DNA of 64,000 bases from an uncultured SAR86 cluster bacterium (GCA_902594005.1 CACJKN010000001.1:17700-81699); one strand, 5' to 3'. Positions 19,759-30,453 are shown, counted from the stretch's first letter. The notes: a model not told the origin generated them from the sequence alone. Made by a program: numbers and translations.

Positions 19759-20510
19759 GGCTTTCTTAGAAATACTGGGCTATCAGCGGTTGAATCAGCT
19801 TTAGAGTATTTATACCCGTCAAGATCAAAATTAACTAACTCATCAGTTTTCTTGATCCTATTCTGAATAATAAACCTAGCCATCAGACCTCTAGCTTTTT
19901 TGGCATAAAAGCTAATTATTTTGTAGTTTCCATTTTTATAGTCTTTAAAAACTGGAGAGACCACGTTAGCTTCGTCACTTATGTTACCTAGAACCTTATA
20001 GTATTCATTAGAAGCTAAGTTCACGATTGTATCTGAGTCTTTGAGTAGGTCTTTTTTAACGGATTCGCCCCAAAACTCATATAGGTTTTTCCAACCGTTA
20101 ATTTGTAATTTTGTTCCCATCTCTAATCGATACGGGTTCATAACATCAAGGGGCTTAAGTGCGCCATATAATCCTGACAATATTCTTAAATGCTTTTGTG
20201 CAAAACTAAGATCACCTTTTTTGAAGTCTTCAGCTTGAAGCCCTTGGTAAACGTCACCTTTAAAAACTAGTAAAGCAGGCTTTGAATTATCTGAAATCTT
20301 TTTTTCAGCTTTCCAAGACTGGTATCTATCAAAATTTAATGATGCCAACTTGTCACTAAGGCCCATTAACGAGGCAATTTCACTTGGTTCCTTTTGCTTT
20401 AATTCTTTAACGAGCTCACCGGACTTTTTTAGGAAGCTCGGCACAGAGTGTGTATCATTATAATTAGCACTATAATCTAGTGTCTTTGCTGGAGATAAAA
20501 CTGTAATCAT
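19755..20510 (-). CDS. yaaA: Peroxide stress protein YaaA (UPF0246)
   Basis: LSPAKTLD, FKGDVY, ILSGLYG, PYRLEMGT, NLASNEY, SFYAKKARG. Confidence 0.95.
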   Translation of the reverse strand: MITVLSPAKTLDYSANYNDTHSVPSFLKKSGELVKELKQKEPSEIASLMGLSDKLASLNFDRYQSWKAEKKISDNSKPALLVFKGDVYQGLQAEDFKKGDLSFAQKHLRILSGLYGALKPLDVMNPYRLEMGTKLQINGWKNLYEFWGESVKKDLLKDSDTIVNLASNEYYKVLGNISDEANVVSPVFKDYKNGNYKIISFYAKKARGLMARFIIQNRIKKTDELVNFDLDGYKYSKADSTADSPVFLRKP

Positions 20511-20536
20511 TAGCTTATTTTAAAAATTAATATTTT

Positions 20537-20989
20537 ATGAATCAATCTATAGGCAAATTTTTTTCGTACTTTTTACCAATAATTGTAATTCTGGTTATAT
20601 TTATTGTTATTAGTAGATATGTATTTGGGGTTGGTAGAGCAGATTTACAAGAGTTGGCACTGTATTTGCATGCGCTAGTTTTCTTGGGTTGTGCTGGCTG
20701 GGCCCTTGTTGAGGAAGAGCATGTTAGGGTGGATATTCTCTATAAAGACAAGCCAGAATCATACAAAAAACTTATAAATACCTTGGGTTTAGTTTTTTTC
20801 GTCTTGCCGGTAGTTTTTATAATAAGTTTTTACTCCATAGATTTTATTAAGTTATCTTGGCTGTTAAAGGAATCATCAACTGAGCCAGGTGGTTTAAAAA
20901 CTGTTTATCTACATAAAACAATTATCTTACTTTTTCCACTCGTCCTTTTTTTAGCAGCCGTTAAACAATTAAAAGAGCTATGGAAATAA
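20537..20989 (+). CDS. dctQ: TRAP transporter small permease
   Basis: Four TM helices, RYVF, HVRVDILY, STEPGGL. Confidence 0.88.
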   Translation: MNQSIGKFFSYFLPIIVILVIFIVISRYVFGVGRADLQELALYLHALVFLGCAGWALVEEEHVRVDILYKDKPESYKKLINTLGLVFFVLPVVFIISFYSIDFIKLSWLLKESSTEPGGLKTVYLHKTIILLFPLVLFLAAVKQLKELWK

Positions 20990-22311
20990 TACCGCTTTTA
21001 TTAATAATCTTTGTTTGTAGTTCATTGCTGGCTGGTTATCCAGTTGCTTTTACATTAGCTGGTGTATCAATAATATTTGCTCTGATATGTTCATTATTTG
21101 GCATCTTTGATTTAAATCTTTTTAAAAACTTGCCGATAAGAATATTTGGGATTATGAACAATCAAACCCTTCTTGCTGTGCCTTTATTTGTTTTTATGGG
21201 AGTGGTGTTGGAAAGATCGGGAATTGCAGCAAAGATGTTGCAGGATATGGCCAAAGCCTTTGCTGGTATAAAGGGGGGTCTTGGTATTTCCATTGTTATA
21301 GTGGGCGCATTATTGGCCGCGAGTACAGGTATCGTCGGGGCAACAGTTGTGACTATGGGGTTAATGTCACTTCCAGCTCTTCTTAAAGAGGGATATGATA
21401 AAAAATTCTCTTCTGGTCTAGTTGCAGCAACTGGTACTTTAGGTCAGATTATTCCTCCGTCAATCGCATTGGTTCTTCTTGGTGATGTTATGTCTAATGC
21501 ATATCAGCGAGCTCAAAACGATATGGGTATCTTTTCAGTAAAAACAGTTTCTGTTGGCGACTTGTTTATAGGAGCGCTTCTTCCAGGACTAATTATTTGT
21601 ATACTTTTTTTGGTCTATACAATCTTTTGGAACAGAAATTTAACCATTAGTAGTGAAAAAGAAAGCAAAGTTAGTCTTCTATCTTTATTAAATACTCTTT
21701 TGCCACCGATCTTACTTATCTTTATGGTCTTGGGGTCTATTATTTTTGGGATTGCTACTCCAACAGAGGCAGCTGGTGTTGGAGCAATTGGTTCAATACT
21801 TATATGTTTGTACTTTAAAAAATTCAATATAGAGCTTTTAAAAGAGGCGAGCAGAAGAACAGCTTTGGTTACCACCATGGTCTTTACTATCTTAATTGGT
21901 GCGTCCATATTTTCTCTAATCTTTAGAGGGGTCGGCGGTGATGAATTAATTAGTTTAGTTTTTGAGATGTTGCCGGGTGGAAAATATTCAGCATTGTTTT
22001 TCGTAATGCTGATGATATTTTTGCTGGGTTTTATATTAGATTTTATTGAAATTTGTTATGTATTTGTTCCGCTAATTGCACCACCATTACTTATGATGGG
22101 TTTTGATCCTGTTTGGCTCGGGATAATGCTAGCAATTAATCTTCAAACTTCTTTTTTAACACCTCCCTTTGGGTTTTCTCTCTTTTACCTAAGAGGAGTG
22201 GCAGATAAATCAATAAGAACAATAGAAATATATAAAGGAGTAATGCCTTTTATAGCGATTCAGTTATTAGTCTTGTTAATGGTTATACTTTTTCCAAGCT
22301 TAGTCCTATGA
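20980..22311 (+). CDS. dctM: TRAP transporter large permease
   Basis: GYPVAFTL, LLAVPLFVFMG, GTLGQIIPPS, ATPTEAAG, NLQTSFLTPPFG. Confidence 0.93.
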   Translation: MEIIPLLLIIFVCSSLLAGYPVAFTLAGVSIIFALICSLFGIFDLNLFKNLPIRIFGIMNNQTLLAVPLFVFMGVVLERSGIAAKMLQDMAKAFAGIKGGLGISIVIVGALLAASTGIVGATVVTMGLMSLPALLKEGYDKKFSSGLVAATGTLGQIIPPSIALVLLGDVMSNAYQRAQNDMGIFSVKTVSVGDLFIGALLPGLIICILFLVYTIFWNRNLTISSEKESKVSLLSLLNTLLPPILLIFMVLGSIIFGIATPTEAAGVGAIGSILICLYFKKFNIELLKEASRRTALVTTMVFTILIGASIFSLIFRGVGGDELISLVFEMLPGGKYSALFFVMLMIFLLGFILDFIEICYVFVPLIAPPLLMMGFDPVWLGIMLAINLQTSFLTPPFGFSLFYLRGVADKSIRTIEIYKGVMPFIAIQLLVLLMVILFPSLVL

Positions 22312-23393
22312 GAATACTATTTTTTACCATTTTTTTTATTGTTTCATGTTCTCAAGATGAAATAGTCACTGATAAAACTTTAACGGTATTTGAAGATCAA
22401 AAAATCTTGTTCGATTCAGGCCTTATAAATAATGATAATGAAATCAATAGAACACTTGGGTCAGGAAGAGTGGTCCTTAAGAAGATTAAATTACCTGAGA
22501 CTGGTAATTTTCATCGCGCTAAAGCCATTATCACGTTAAAGTCGATAGGAGATCCATGGGATAAGTCTGGTTCGTTCTTCATATTGCCTGAGGGTGATCT
22601 TAATAATCTTAACGAAGTCACTTCATTAGAGTTATTAAGATTTATAACTCCTTTTGGTGTTGGCCACTTTAATAACAAAGAAAATATACAAAAGCTAAAA
22701 CCCTCTTATATACCAAGGTGGGAGGATGACATTACTTGGGAAGAAGATATATCTCATTTACTGCCAGTTTTGAAAGACGAGGTTTGGGTTGGTCTTTATA
22801 TTGATACTTGGTCAAATGAAGGCTGGAATGTTGATATTGGTTTTAAGTTTGATGAATATTACACAAAAACAAATAAACCACCAAAGACTATATATCCTTT
22901 GCTGAATACAACTCCAATGTTTCCTGGGCAAAGTGGTTATGATAAGTTTGCGAGCGAGCCCATAACAAAAACATTTAGGTTAGCTAAAGATCATGAAAAC
23001 GTAAGATTATATTATTTAACAACGGGCCATGGTGGCCATAGTGGCGGTGATGAGTTTGTAAAGAGGCTTAATGTGATAAGTCTTAATGGCAAAGTTATAA
23101 AAGAGTTTATCCCTTGGCGGGACGACTGTGCTTCCTTTAGAAGATTTAATCCTAGCTCAGGCGTTTGGATGACAGAAGCTGAGTGGAAAGGTGAGATAAT
23201 TGAAGAAAGAATTGCATCGTCAGACTATTCGAGATCTGGGTGGTGTCCTGGCAGCAAAGTAACTCCTGAAATAATTGAATTAGGTAAATTAGAAAAAGGG
23301 GAGCACTCAATTACAATTTCTATTCCTGAAGCACAAATAACTACAAAAGAGTTTTTTAATTTTTGGAACGTATCAGCTTATATAATCTTTTAA
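22308..23393 (+). CDS. Peptide-N-glycosidase F (PNGase F)-like lipoprotein
   Basis: Lipobox IVSC; GDPWD, ELLRFITPFGVG, TGHGG..GGDEF, PWRDDCASFRRFNP, SRSGWCPG. Confidence 0.82.
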   Translation: MRILFFTIFFIVSCSQDEIVTDKTLTVFEDQKILFDSGLINNDNEINRTLGSGRVVLKKIKLPETGNFHRAKAIITLKSIGDPWDKSGSFFILPEGDLNNLNEVTSLELLRFITPFGVGHFNNKENIQKLKPSYIPRWEDDITWEEDISHLLPVLKDEVWVGLYIDTWSNEGWNVDIGFKFDEYYTKTNKPPKTIYPLLNTTPMFPGQSGYDKFASEPITKTFRLAKDHENVRLYYLTTGHGGHSGGDEFVKRLNVISLNGKVIKEFIPWRDDCASFRRFNPSSGVWMTEAEWKGEIIEERIASSDYSRSGWCPGSKVTPEIIELGKLEKGEHSITISIPEAQITTKEFFNFWNVSAYIIF

Positions 23394-23414
23394 TGCTCTA
23401 AAATTTTATATACC

Positions 23415-24374
23415 TTACAAGTCAAAATCATATCTTAGAGAAAATGTTCCTGATTGTTCCTCGACTACTTTAAACTTTGAGTTTTGGAGAGCTTTAATCG
23501 CTGATTCATTAAATATTCTATTAGACGATTCAACAACAAAGATTTCTTGAGCATATCCATATTCATCAATGCTAAAGCTTAGCACGACAAAGCCGGTAAG
23601 GCTTCTTTGCTCGGCTTCTTCAGGATAAGCTAACTCTCCTGGCCTAATCATTTTAGGAGAAGTCTTCTTTGAAGTGTTCTTTTTTTGATCAGCTTTTTCT
23701 ATATAGTCTTTTTGATAGTCAGGCTCTTCATCTGTTAGATAATTGATTTCTTTATGAATGTCGGTCAATTGAGAAACTGAAACATAATCTTTTTTAGCGA
23801 CACAGGCCGTAGTATGAAGGGAGGCATCTTCAGGTGGTATTGACCAAAAGCTAATATCTAAATAATCTCTATCAAGCTCTTCCAGCCAAAGATCTTCATA
23901 AAAATCTTGAATTTTAAGCCTATACCCAATATCCGTTTCAGTAAGCAAAAGAACTGGATGACTTTCTTTAATGCCGCTACTTTGAAAGATCTGATTTTTT
24001 ATTTGGAAAACCATTTTCTCTGTATATAAATAAAAAGTCTCTTCTCTTTCGAATGCTTTTGTAAGCTTTTTAAATCCTCCATCACACCTATTTGCTACAA
24101 CCCAACCCTCTAAATCATTGCCTAATGATTTCAAAAGAAAGGTTTCTTTCGGAGCTTTACAATATTTAAAATTATCTACAGACCCACAATCTCTGCCCTT
24201 GCATGATTTTGTAACTTTGTTTGTATACCCATCTGTTTCAACAAATGCAGCATTGCTTACATTTAAATTAAATCCATCATTTGGAGCTGCCAGACATACT
24301 AAATCTCTAGATTCACTTAGACTTTCAACTGAAATTAATATTAATAATAATGATGACAGAATTCTTTTATTCAT
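23415..24374 (-). CDS. Exported protein with C-terminal TonB_C domain
   Basis: Signal peptide, Cys-containing N-terminal domain, C-terminal YPEEAEQRSLTGFVVLSFSIDEYG...FNESAIKAL. Confidence 0.7.
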   Translation of the reverse strand: MNKRILSSLLLILISVESLSESRDLVCLAAPNDGFNLNVSNAAFVETDGYTNKVTKSCKGRDCGSVDNFKYCKAPKETFLLKSLGNDLEGWVVANRCDGGFKKLTKAFEREETFYLYTEKMVFQIKNQIFQSSGIKESHPVLLLTETDIGYRLKIQDFYEDLWLEELDRDYLDISFWSIPPEDASLHTTACVAKKDYVSVSQLTDIHKEINYLTDEEPDYQKDYIEKADQKKNTSKKTSPKMIRPGELAYPEEAEQRSLTGFVVLSFSIDEYGYAQEIFVVESSNRIFNESAIKALQNSKFKVVEEQSGTFSLRYDFDL

Positions 24375-25110
24375 TTTCTAAATACTCTCTCACTTGATCA
24401 TACCAAATTACTCTTTCAGGACCTGAGGGATGTGAATCCATAAATACTGAATTCACTCTCGAAACCCCGATTCTTGTCAGCCTGATAATACCATGTCTTG
24501 ATTTTTCTAAATCATAACCTGATTTCTTTAATATCTCTAATGATAAAGCATCTGCCTCAAGCTCTTGTCTCTTTGAGCCAGATAATCTCCCCATATTTGC
24601 TCCAGATAAAATTATGTTACCCGTTGGAATACCAGTAGAGCCAGTTATTATTGCTCCAATAACAGCTCCAAATACTGTTTTTGTTTTTGCTTCAGCTATA
24701 TGATTGCCTATGTGATGAGCTATCTCGTGAGCAACAACGAATGCCAGCTCTTCTTCGTAATAAACCCCTCTAACAAGTCCAGTATAAAAAGTAATTTTAT
24801 TGTCTTCAGATGCATATGCATTGAATTGATTATTTGACTCAATTATTAACTCCCATTTGCATCTATCGGTATTTTTTACATGTTCTTTACAAACTTCTAT
24901 GGCCGAATCTTGTATTTTTTCAAAAACAGTATTCAATAAATCCTCAGACTCAGATTTTGTCCTAAAAATAGGTTTTTTTAACTTAAATGAGTTTATTTCA
25001 TCAAGAACTGATTGAGAAACTTCAAAATTTGCAAAAGAATTGGAAGAAAATAAAAATATAGCACCAATTAGGCAGAAAGATTTTGCCTTAATAAATAGCA
25101 CTTTTCCCAA
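24367..25110 (-). CDS. M48 family metallopeptidase
   Basis: FNAYA, ELAFVVAHEIAH, QELEAD, DSHPSGPER. Confidence 0.88.
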   Translation of the reverse strand: MGKVLFIKAKSFCLIGAIFLFSSNSFANFEVSQSVLDEINSFKLKKPIFRTKSESEDLLNTVFEKIQDSAIEVCKEHVKNTDRCKWELIIESNNQFNAYASEDNKITFYTGLVRGVYYEEELAFVVAHEIAHHIGNHIAEAKTKTVFGAVIGAIITGSTGIPTGNIILSGANMGRLSGSKRQELEADALSLEILKKSGYDLEKSRHGIIRLTRIGVSRVNSVFMDSHPSGPERVIWYDQVREYLENE

Positions 25111-25116
25111 ACTGAA

Positions 25117-25587
25117 CTAGTTCAAAGCATCTAAAAGAGATCTTTCAAGACTTCCATTTGAAACGCATGATTGGGTTGTATAAAAACATTGCCCATACAT
25201 GTTGCAACTAGAAAAAGTAACATTCATAGAAAAGTTGACGTTTGCTGTTACAAACTCATCATCTTCAACCAATGTTGCACTCCCTGTCACAGAGCCACCA
25301 CTAAGAGTCTGCAAAAAAGGGACTGTATACAAACAATATTCGCCAATAGTTTGTGGGTTTAAATTCAAACTATTCACAGTTATGATTCCAGATTCCTTTT
25401 CTAGCGTCCCGATACTGATAGTGTTAGTGCTGAAAAATCTAACCATTTTTTTCCACTGCGTATCATAGTCAGACATATAGGTTCTTGAGGTCTCAAATGG
25501 ATCCACTTCAACTTGAGCCGTAGAACATGAAATTAATAGAAATACAACGGAAAAAAGAGATGCGTATTTAATATATCTTTTTTTCAT
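25117..25587 (-). CDS. Hypothetical lipoprotein
   Basis: Lipobox LISC; resembles small BamC-like lipoprotein folds (weak). Confidence 0.6.
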   Translation of the reverse strand: MKKRYIKYASLFSVVFLLISCSTAQVEVDPFETSRTYMSDYDTQWKKMVRFFSTNTISIGTLEKESGIITVNSLNLNPQTIGEYCLYTVPFLQTLSGGSVTGSATLVEDDEFVTANVNFSMNVTFSSCNMYGQCFYTTQSCVSNGSLERSLLDALN

Positions 25588-25632
25588 ACATTATTTATAG
25601 TTCATATACTTGGTTTTGTAAAGAGCAACTAA

Positions 25633-26613
25633 TTAGAAGTTTTTAGGAATCTTTAAATCTACATTATTTTTTTGAAGAGCTCTTTCTGCTCTATAGCTTG
25701 AACGAACCATTGGTCCGGAAACCACCTCCAAAAAACCTCTATCTATACCAATTTTTCTATATCTTTCAAACTCTTCAGGGGTTACCCATCTTTCAACTGG
25801 TAAATGATTGAGGGTTGGTCGAAGATATTGACCAAGAGTTAAAATATCAACCTTGTGATCAACAAGATCATCCATTGCTTGTTCAATCTCTTCATCTGTT
25901 TCGCCAAGGCCCAATATTAAACTTGTTTTTGTTAATACTTCCTTATTTATTTCTTTTGATTCGTATAAAACATCCAGTGTTTGTTGATATCCTGCTCTAG
26001 GATCTCTTACTGGATGAGTTAATCTTTTAACTGTCTCAAGATTTTGAGCAAAAACTTCAATGCCTGAATTCACAATAGTATCTATTGAGGATTTAATTCC
26101 TTTAAAGTCTGGAGTAAGTGCTTCTACAGCAGTGTTGGGATTAAGATCTTTTATAGCCTGAACTGTCTGTGCATAATGTTCAGCCCCTCCATCTTCAAGA
26201 TCATCTCTATTAACTGAAGTTAGAACAACATATTTAAGGCCCATAGTTCTGACAGCTTTAGCTGTTTTCAAAGGTTCTCCTTGATCTAACCAGCCTTTTG
26301 GATTTCCTGTATCTACAGAACAAAATTTACAAGCTCTGGTGCAAACTGAACCCATCAACATAAAAGTTGCCGTTCCGCTTGACCAACACTCTGAGATGTT
26401 TGGGCACATTGCCTCTTCACAGACTGTATTAAGTTTTTTGGAGGTAACTTGATCTTTGACCAGCTTATATTTGGGATCAAAACTAGCTTTTACTCTAATC
26501 CAGCTTGGCTTCTTTTCAGCAGGAATAGATGCAAACTTATTTGCCTTTTGACCATTCTTTACAGCCTTAATGCCGTCTCTATTTACAATCTTTACTGTAG
26601 GTATTATTTCCAT
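25633..26613 (-). CDS. lipA: Lipoyl synthase
   Basis: [27 protein letters not shown]. Confidence 0.97.
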   Translation of the reverse strand: MEIIPTVKIVNRDGIKAVKNGQKANKFASIPAEKKPSWIRVKASFDPKYKLVKDQVTSKKLNTVCEEAMCPNISECWSSGTATFMLMGSVCTRACKFCSVDTGNPKGWLDQGEPLKTAKAVRTMGLKYVVLTSVNRDDLEDGGAEHYAQTVQAIKDLNPNTAVEALTPDFKGIKSSIDTIVNSGIEVFAQNLETVKRLTHPVRDPRAGYQQTLDVLYESKEINKEVLTKTSLILGLGETDEEIEQAMDDLVDHKVDILTLGQYLRPTLNHLPVERWVTPEEFERYRKIGIDRGFLEVVSGPMVRSSYRAERALQKNNVDLKIPKNF

Positions 26614-26616
26614 TAA

Positions 26617-27261
26617 TTAAAAAAACTGTTGAATGTTTACTTCTACTGCTGATTTTACTTTTTCTAGGGTGATGTTGCTATATATATCTTTAATTTGGGT
26701 AACTTGGAGTCCTTCGTAACCACAGGGATTAATATTTTTAAAAGGATCTAGATTCATATCAACATTGATGCTTATGCCATGATAGGAATAACCTTTTGAA
26801 AAACGGAGTCCAATTGAAGCTATCTTTTTTGAATCTACATAGACTCCGGGTGAACCTTCTATAGTATTACTTTGGATCTGAAAATCTAAAAGCGTCTTCT
26901 GCACTAAATCCTCTAATTGTTTTACAAACTTCTTTGGTCCAAGATTCCTTTTTTTTATGTTTAATAAAAAATATATAACGAGCTGACCTGGTCCGTGATA
27001 GGTAACCTCTCCTCCTCTATCTGCTTGGAATATATCAATATTTGTTCTTTTTAAGATATGTTTTTGGTCTGCAGCGGTTCCAAGCGTGAAGACTGGATCA
27101 TGCTCGAGCATCCAAATAGACTCATCTTCACCCTTTGCTACAAAATCTTTCATTGCAGAAAAGGTATCTTGATATCGCTTTTTACCTAAATCTTTAATCA
27201 CTACTTGATCTAGCTTCAACAAAGGCATCTTCTGCAATTGAATGATAGTCTGAAACCTCAT
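26617..27261 (-). CDS. lipB: Octanoyltransferase
   Basis: EHDPVFTLG, DRGGEVTYHGPGQ, KIASIG, INPCG. The true start is probably nearer 27200. Confidence 0.95.
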   Translation of the reverse strand: MRFQTIIQLQKMPLLKLDQVVIKDLGKKRYQDTFSAMKDFVAKGEDESIWMLEHDPVFTLGTAADQKHILKRTNIDIFQADRGGEVTYHGPGQLVIYFLLNIKKRNLGPKKFVKQLEDLVQKTLLDFQIQSNTIEGSPGVYVDSKKIASIGLRFSKGYSYHGISINVDMNLDPFKNINPCGYEGLQVTQIKDIYSNITLEKVKSAVEVNIQQFF

Positions 27262-28315
27262 CTAAGAAATCCTGAAAAGAAGTATGAACCTTTTTTATCG
27301 TCTCGTCGTTAAGACTTTCCGCAATAATCTCATCAGAGATTTTTTTAAATTCCATAATTACTTCTTCAGGAAGTTTTCTCAACTCAACTCCATGAGTCTC
27401 AATAAGTTCTTTGAGAGCCTTATTATTTGAGGCCGTGTATTCATCTAATAAATCTTGATTAACCGCTTTGGCTGCAGTTTCAACAATTGCTTGTAAGTCA
27501 GGTGGTAGTGAATTCCAAGCGTCATCATTTACCAATAATTCAAGCATAGATCCTGGTTCATGCCATCCAGGATAATAATAATATTTTGCCACTTGTTGAA
27601 AACCAAAAGCTAAATCATTGTATGGGCCAACCCACTCAACTGCATCTATAGTTCCAGTCTGCATAGCTGTATATAATTCGCCGCCAGGGATATTTACTGG
27701 ATTACCGCCGGCTCTTTTAAAAACCTCTCCTCCAACTCCAGGAATCCTCATTTTTAAACCCTTCAAATCATCTAATGAGTTAATTTCCTTATTGAACCAG
27801 CCGAACATCTGTGTTCCAGTATTGCCACAAGGTATCGGATAAATATTAAAGGGTTCATATAACTCTCTCCATATTTCTAATCCGCCACCTCTGTTTACCC
27901 AAGCATTCATTTCTTTAGCATTAAGTCCAAACGGAACTCCGGCAAAGAATTGTGCTGCAGGAATTTTGCCTTTCCAATAATAAGCGCCGCTATGCCCCAT
28001 TTGAACTGATCCTGAGGATACAGCATCAAAAACCCCCATTGCTGGAACAATTTCGCCAGCACCATAGACTGTTATATTCATTCTCCCATCACTCATTTCT
28101 TTAACAAGCTTTGCTAGCCTTTCTGGAGCCATACCTAAACCAGGATAATTTTTGGGCCATGTCGTTACAAGAGACCAGTTGTAGGTTTTTTGCTTATCTA
28201 TTTTTTGTTCAGGGTTAGAAGAATCTGAGCAGCTTATTGCAAAAAATAAAGCAAAGAATACGAAATTACTCTTAATTATATTTTTTCTAATTTTGCGAAC
28301 GCTAAAACTAACCAT
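27194..28315 (-). CDS. dctP: TRAP transporter substrate-binding lipoprotein (TakP/alpha-keto-acid type)
   Basis: TTWPKNYPG, YYWKGK, GNTGTQMFGWF, LKMRIPG, EWVGPYND, YYPGWHEPG; lipobox AISC. Start uncertain. Confidence 0.9.
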   Translation of the reverse strand: MVSFSVRKIRKNIIKSNFVFFALFFAISCSDSSNPEQKIDKQKTYNWSLVTTWPKNYPGLGMAPERLAKLVKEMSDGRMNITVYGAGEIVPAMGVFDAVSSGSVQMGHSGAYYWKGKIPAAQFFAGVPFGLNAKEMNAWVNRGGGLEIWRELYEPFNIYPIPCGNTGTQMFGWFNKEINSLDDLKGLKMRIPGVGGEVFKRAGGNPVNIPGGELYTAMQTGTIDAVEWVGPYNDLAFGFQQVAKYYYYPGWHEPGSMLELLVNDDAWNSLPPDLQAIVETAAKAVNQDLLDEYTASNNKALKELIETHGVELRKLPEEVIMEFKKISDEIIAESLNDETIKKVHTSFQDFLDEVSDYHSIAEDAFVEARSSSD

Positions 28316-30453
28316 TTTGTTCCCTCTTGTTCAAAATTTATTTGAACTCGTGCTGACTCACCAGCTCCTTCATAATTTAGTACTATACCCTCTCCAAACG
28401 TTGGATGTGAAACTTTTTCACCCAGAGAAATCCCAATAGAATCGGAAGAATCTTTTAAGGATGGGCTCATTTGGCCTTTTCTTTTATAAGGTATTGTTGT
28501 CTGTGCTCTTGGTCTTATTTCATCGATGAGCTCTGACGGTATTTCCTTTAAAAATCTTGATGGTGGATTAAATATGTCAGTTCCATGCAACCTTCTCGAT
28601 TCAGCATAGGTAAGGTAAAGTTTTCTCATTGCCCTGGTTATTCCTACATAACAAAGGCGTCTTTCCTCCTCAAGCTGAGATGCACTTTCCATTGATCTTC
28701 CATGCGGAAACAAGCTTTCCTCCATACCAGTTAAGAAAACTAGTTTAAACTCTAATCCTTTTGCTGAGTGTAATGTCATAAGCTGGACAGCATCATCATG
28801 TTCATCTGCTTGCCTATCTCCTGCATCTAAAGAAATAACATCTAAAAAGTTTTCAACAATCTCTTTATTATCTTTATCTTCATTAAAAGATTGTTCAAAG
28901 TTTTTTGCTGCCGATACAAGCTCATCGAGGTTCTCTGTCCTTGTTTTACCTTTTTCACCAGGCTCTTTCTTATGGAAATCATATAGACCTGACTTTACAT
29001 TTATATGCTCAACTAATTCAGAAAGGTTATGCGTTTGCAACATTTCAAAAGCATTTGCAATAAACTCTAAATATGTCCCAAGCCCCGAGGCTCCCTTACC
29101 TTTTATTGCGCCTTCATCGATTAATTTAGCAGCAGCTTTGATGTAAGAAATTCCAGATTTTTTTGCTTCATCTCGCACCTTAGCTAAAGTCTTTTGGCCT
29201 ACTCCTCTGGTAGGATTTGAAATTGATCTTTCAAAAGCTGGATTATCCGAATTATTAAAGATTACCTTTAAATAACTAACTGCATTCTTAATCTCAAGCC
29301 TGTCATAAAATCTAAGTCCGCCATAAATTCTGTAAGGAATGCCAATTCTTAGTAAAGCCTCCTCTATAGCTCGGGATTGAGCATTAGACCTATAAAGCAC
29401 AGCTGAATCTTGATAGAGTTCACCTTTTTCCATCCAATCCTTTACAACACCAGCTACAAACCTTGCCTCCTCTTGTTCATTGAATGCTTGATACAAAATT
29501 AAATTTTCTCCCTCAAGCTCCTCCGTCCAAAGATTCTTCCCAAGTCTATCAGCGTTGTAATCTATCAAAGCATTAGCAGCAGATAGGATTTTGCTTGTTG
29601 ACCTATAGTTCTGCTCTAATTTAACAACACTTACCTTTTTGAACTCTTTTATATAAGCGTCTACATTCTCAACTTTTGCTCCTCTCCATCCATATATAGA
29701 TTGATCATCATCTCCAACAGCTGTTGTAAGTGCATCCTTAGAGGTTATTTCCTTCAGCCACTTATATTGAATGGTATTGGTATCTTGAAACTCATCAATC
29801 AAAACAGATCTAAACCTTTTGTGAAAATAACTTTTAACGGAGGCATTTTTCCTAATGAGCTCATAAGATTTTAGTATCAACTCCGCAAAATCTACCAAAC
29901 TGTCATTTCTACAAAGCTCTTCGTATTCTGTATAGACTCCTTTAATTATTTTTCTATAAAAGTCTCCTCTGTCTCTTATTGATTTAGCTCTTTTTCCAGA
30001 GTCCTTCCAACTATTTATTTGCCATTGTGTTTGTCGATATGGAAACTTTGCTTCATCAATGCCTTGTTCTTTAGACAGCCTTTTTATAATTCTTAACTGA
30101 TCATCAGCATCAAGGATTGTAAAACCTGAAGATAGCTCAGCTTCTTTGTTAAACCTTCTTAAGATTCTATGAGAGAGGCTATGAAAGGTCCCACACCAAA
30201 TCTCAGGAGATGGATGCTGAAGAAGATCTTCAATTCTTGATCTCATTTCATTGGCCGCTTTGTTTGTAAAAGTCACTGCCATAATTGAGCCAGGTGAAAA
30301 GCTAAGCGCCTCCACTTGCCAAGCTACTTTATGAACAAGCACCCTAGTTTTACCTGATCCAGCTCCTGCTAAAACCATAATATTTTGGTCTTCGGAGGTG
30401 ACGGCATGCCGTTGTTGATCGTTTAGATTTTCAAGTATGTGGGATACGTCCAT
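28276..30453 (-). CDS. uvrD: DNA helicase II
   Basis: LAGAGSGKT, TFTNKAA, DEFQDTN, VGDDDQSIYGWRGA, LEQNYRS, TLHSAKGLEF, EEERRLCYVGITRA. Confidence 0.96.
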   Translation of the reverse strand: MDVSHILENLNDQQRHAVTSEDQNIMVLAGAGSGKTRVLVHKVAWQVEALSFSPGSIMAVTFTNKAANEMRSRIEDLLQHPSPEIWCGTFHSLSHRILRRFNKEAELSSGFTILDADDQLRIIKRLSKEQGIDEAKFPYRQTQWQINSWKDSGKRAKSIRDRGDFYRKIIKGVYTEYEELCRNDSLVDFAELILKSYELIRKNASVKSYFHKRFRSVLIDEFQDTNTIQYKWLKEITSKDALTTAVGDDDQSIYGWRGAKVENVDAYIKEFKKVSVVKLEQNYRSTSKILSAANALIDYNADRLGKNLWTEELEGENLILYQAFNEQEEARFVAGVVKDWMEKGELYQDSAVLYRSNAQSRAIEEALLRIGIPYRIYGGLRFYDRLEIKNAVSYLKVIFNNSDNPAFERSISNPTRGVGQKTLAKVRDEAKKSGISYIKAAAKLIDEGAIKGKGASGLGTYLEFIANAFEMLQTHNLSELVEHINVKSGLYDFHKKEPGEKGKTRTENLDELVSAAKNFEQSFNEDKDNKEIVENFLDVISLDAGDRQADEHDDAVQLMTLHSAKGLEFKLVFLTGMEESLFPHGRSMESASQLEEERRLCYVGITRAMRKLYLTYAESRRLHGTDIFNPPSRFLKEIPSELIDEIRPRAQTTIPYKRKGQMSPSLKDSSDSIGISLGEKVSHPTFGEGIVLNYEGAGESARVQINFEQEGTKWLVLAFAKLEKI

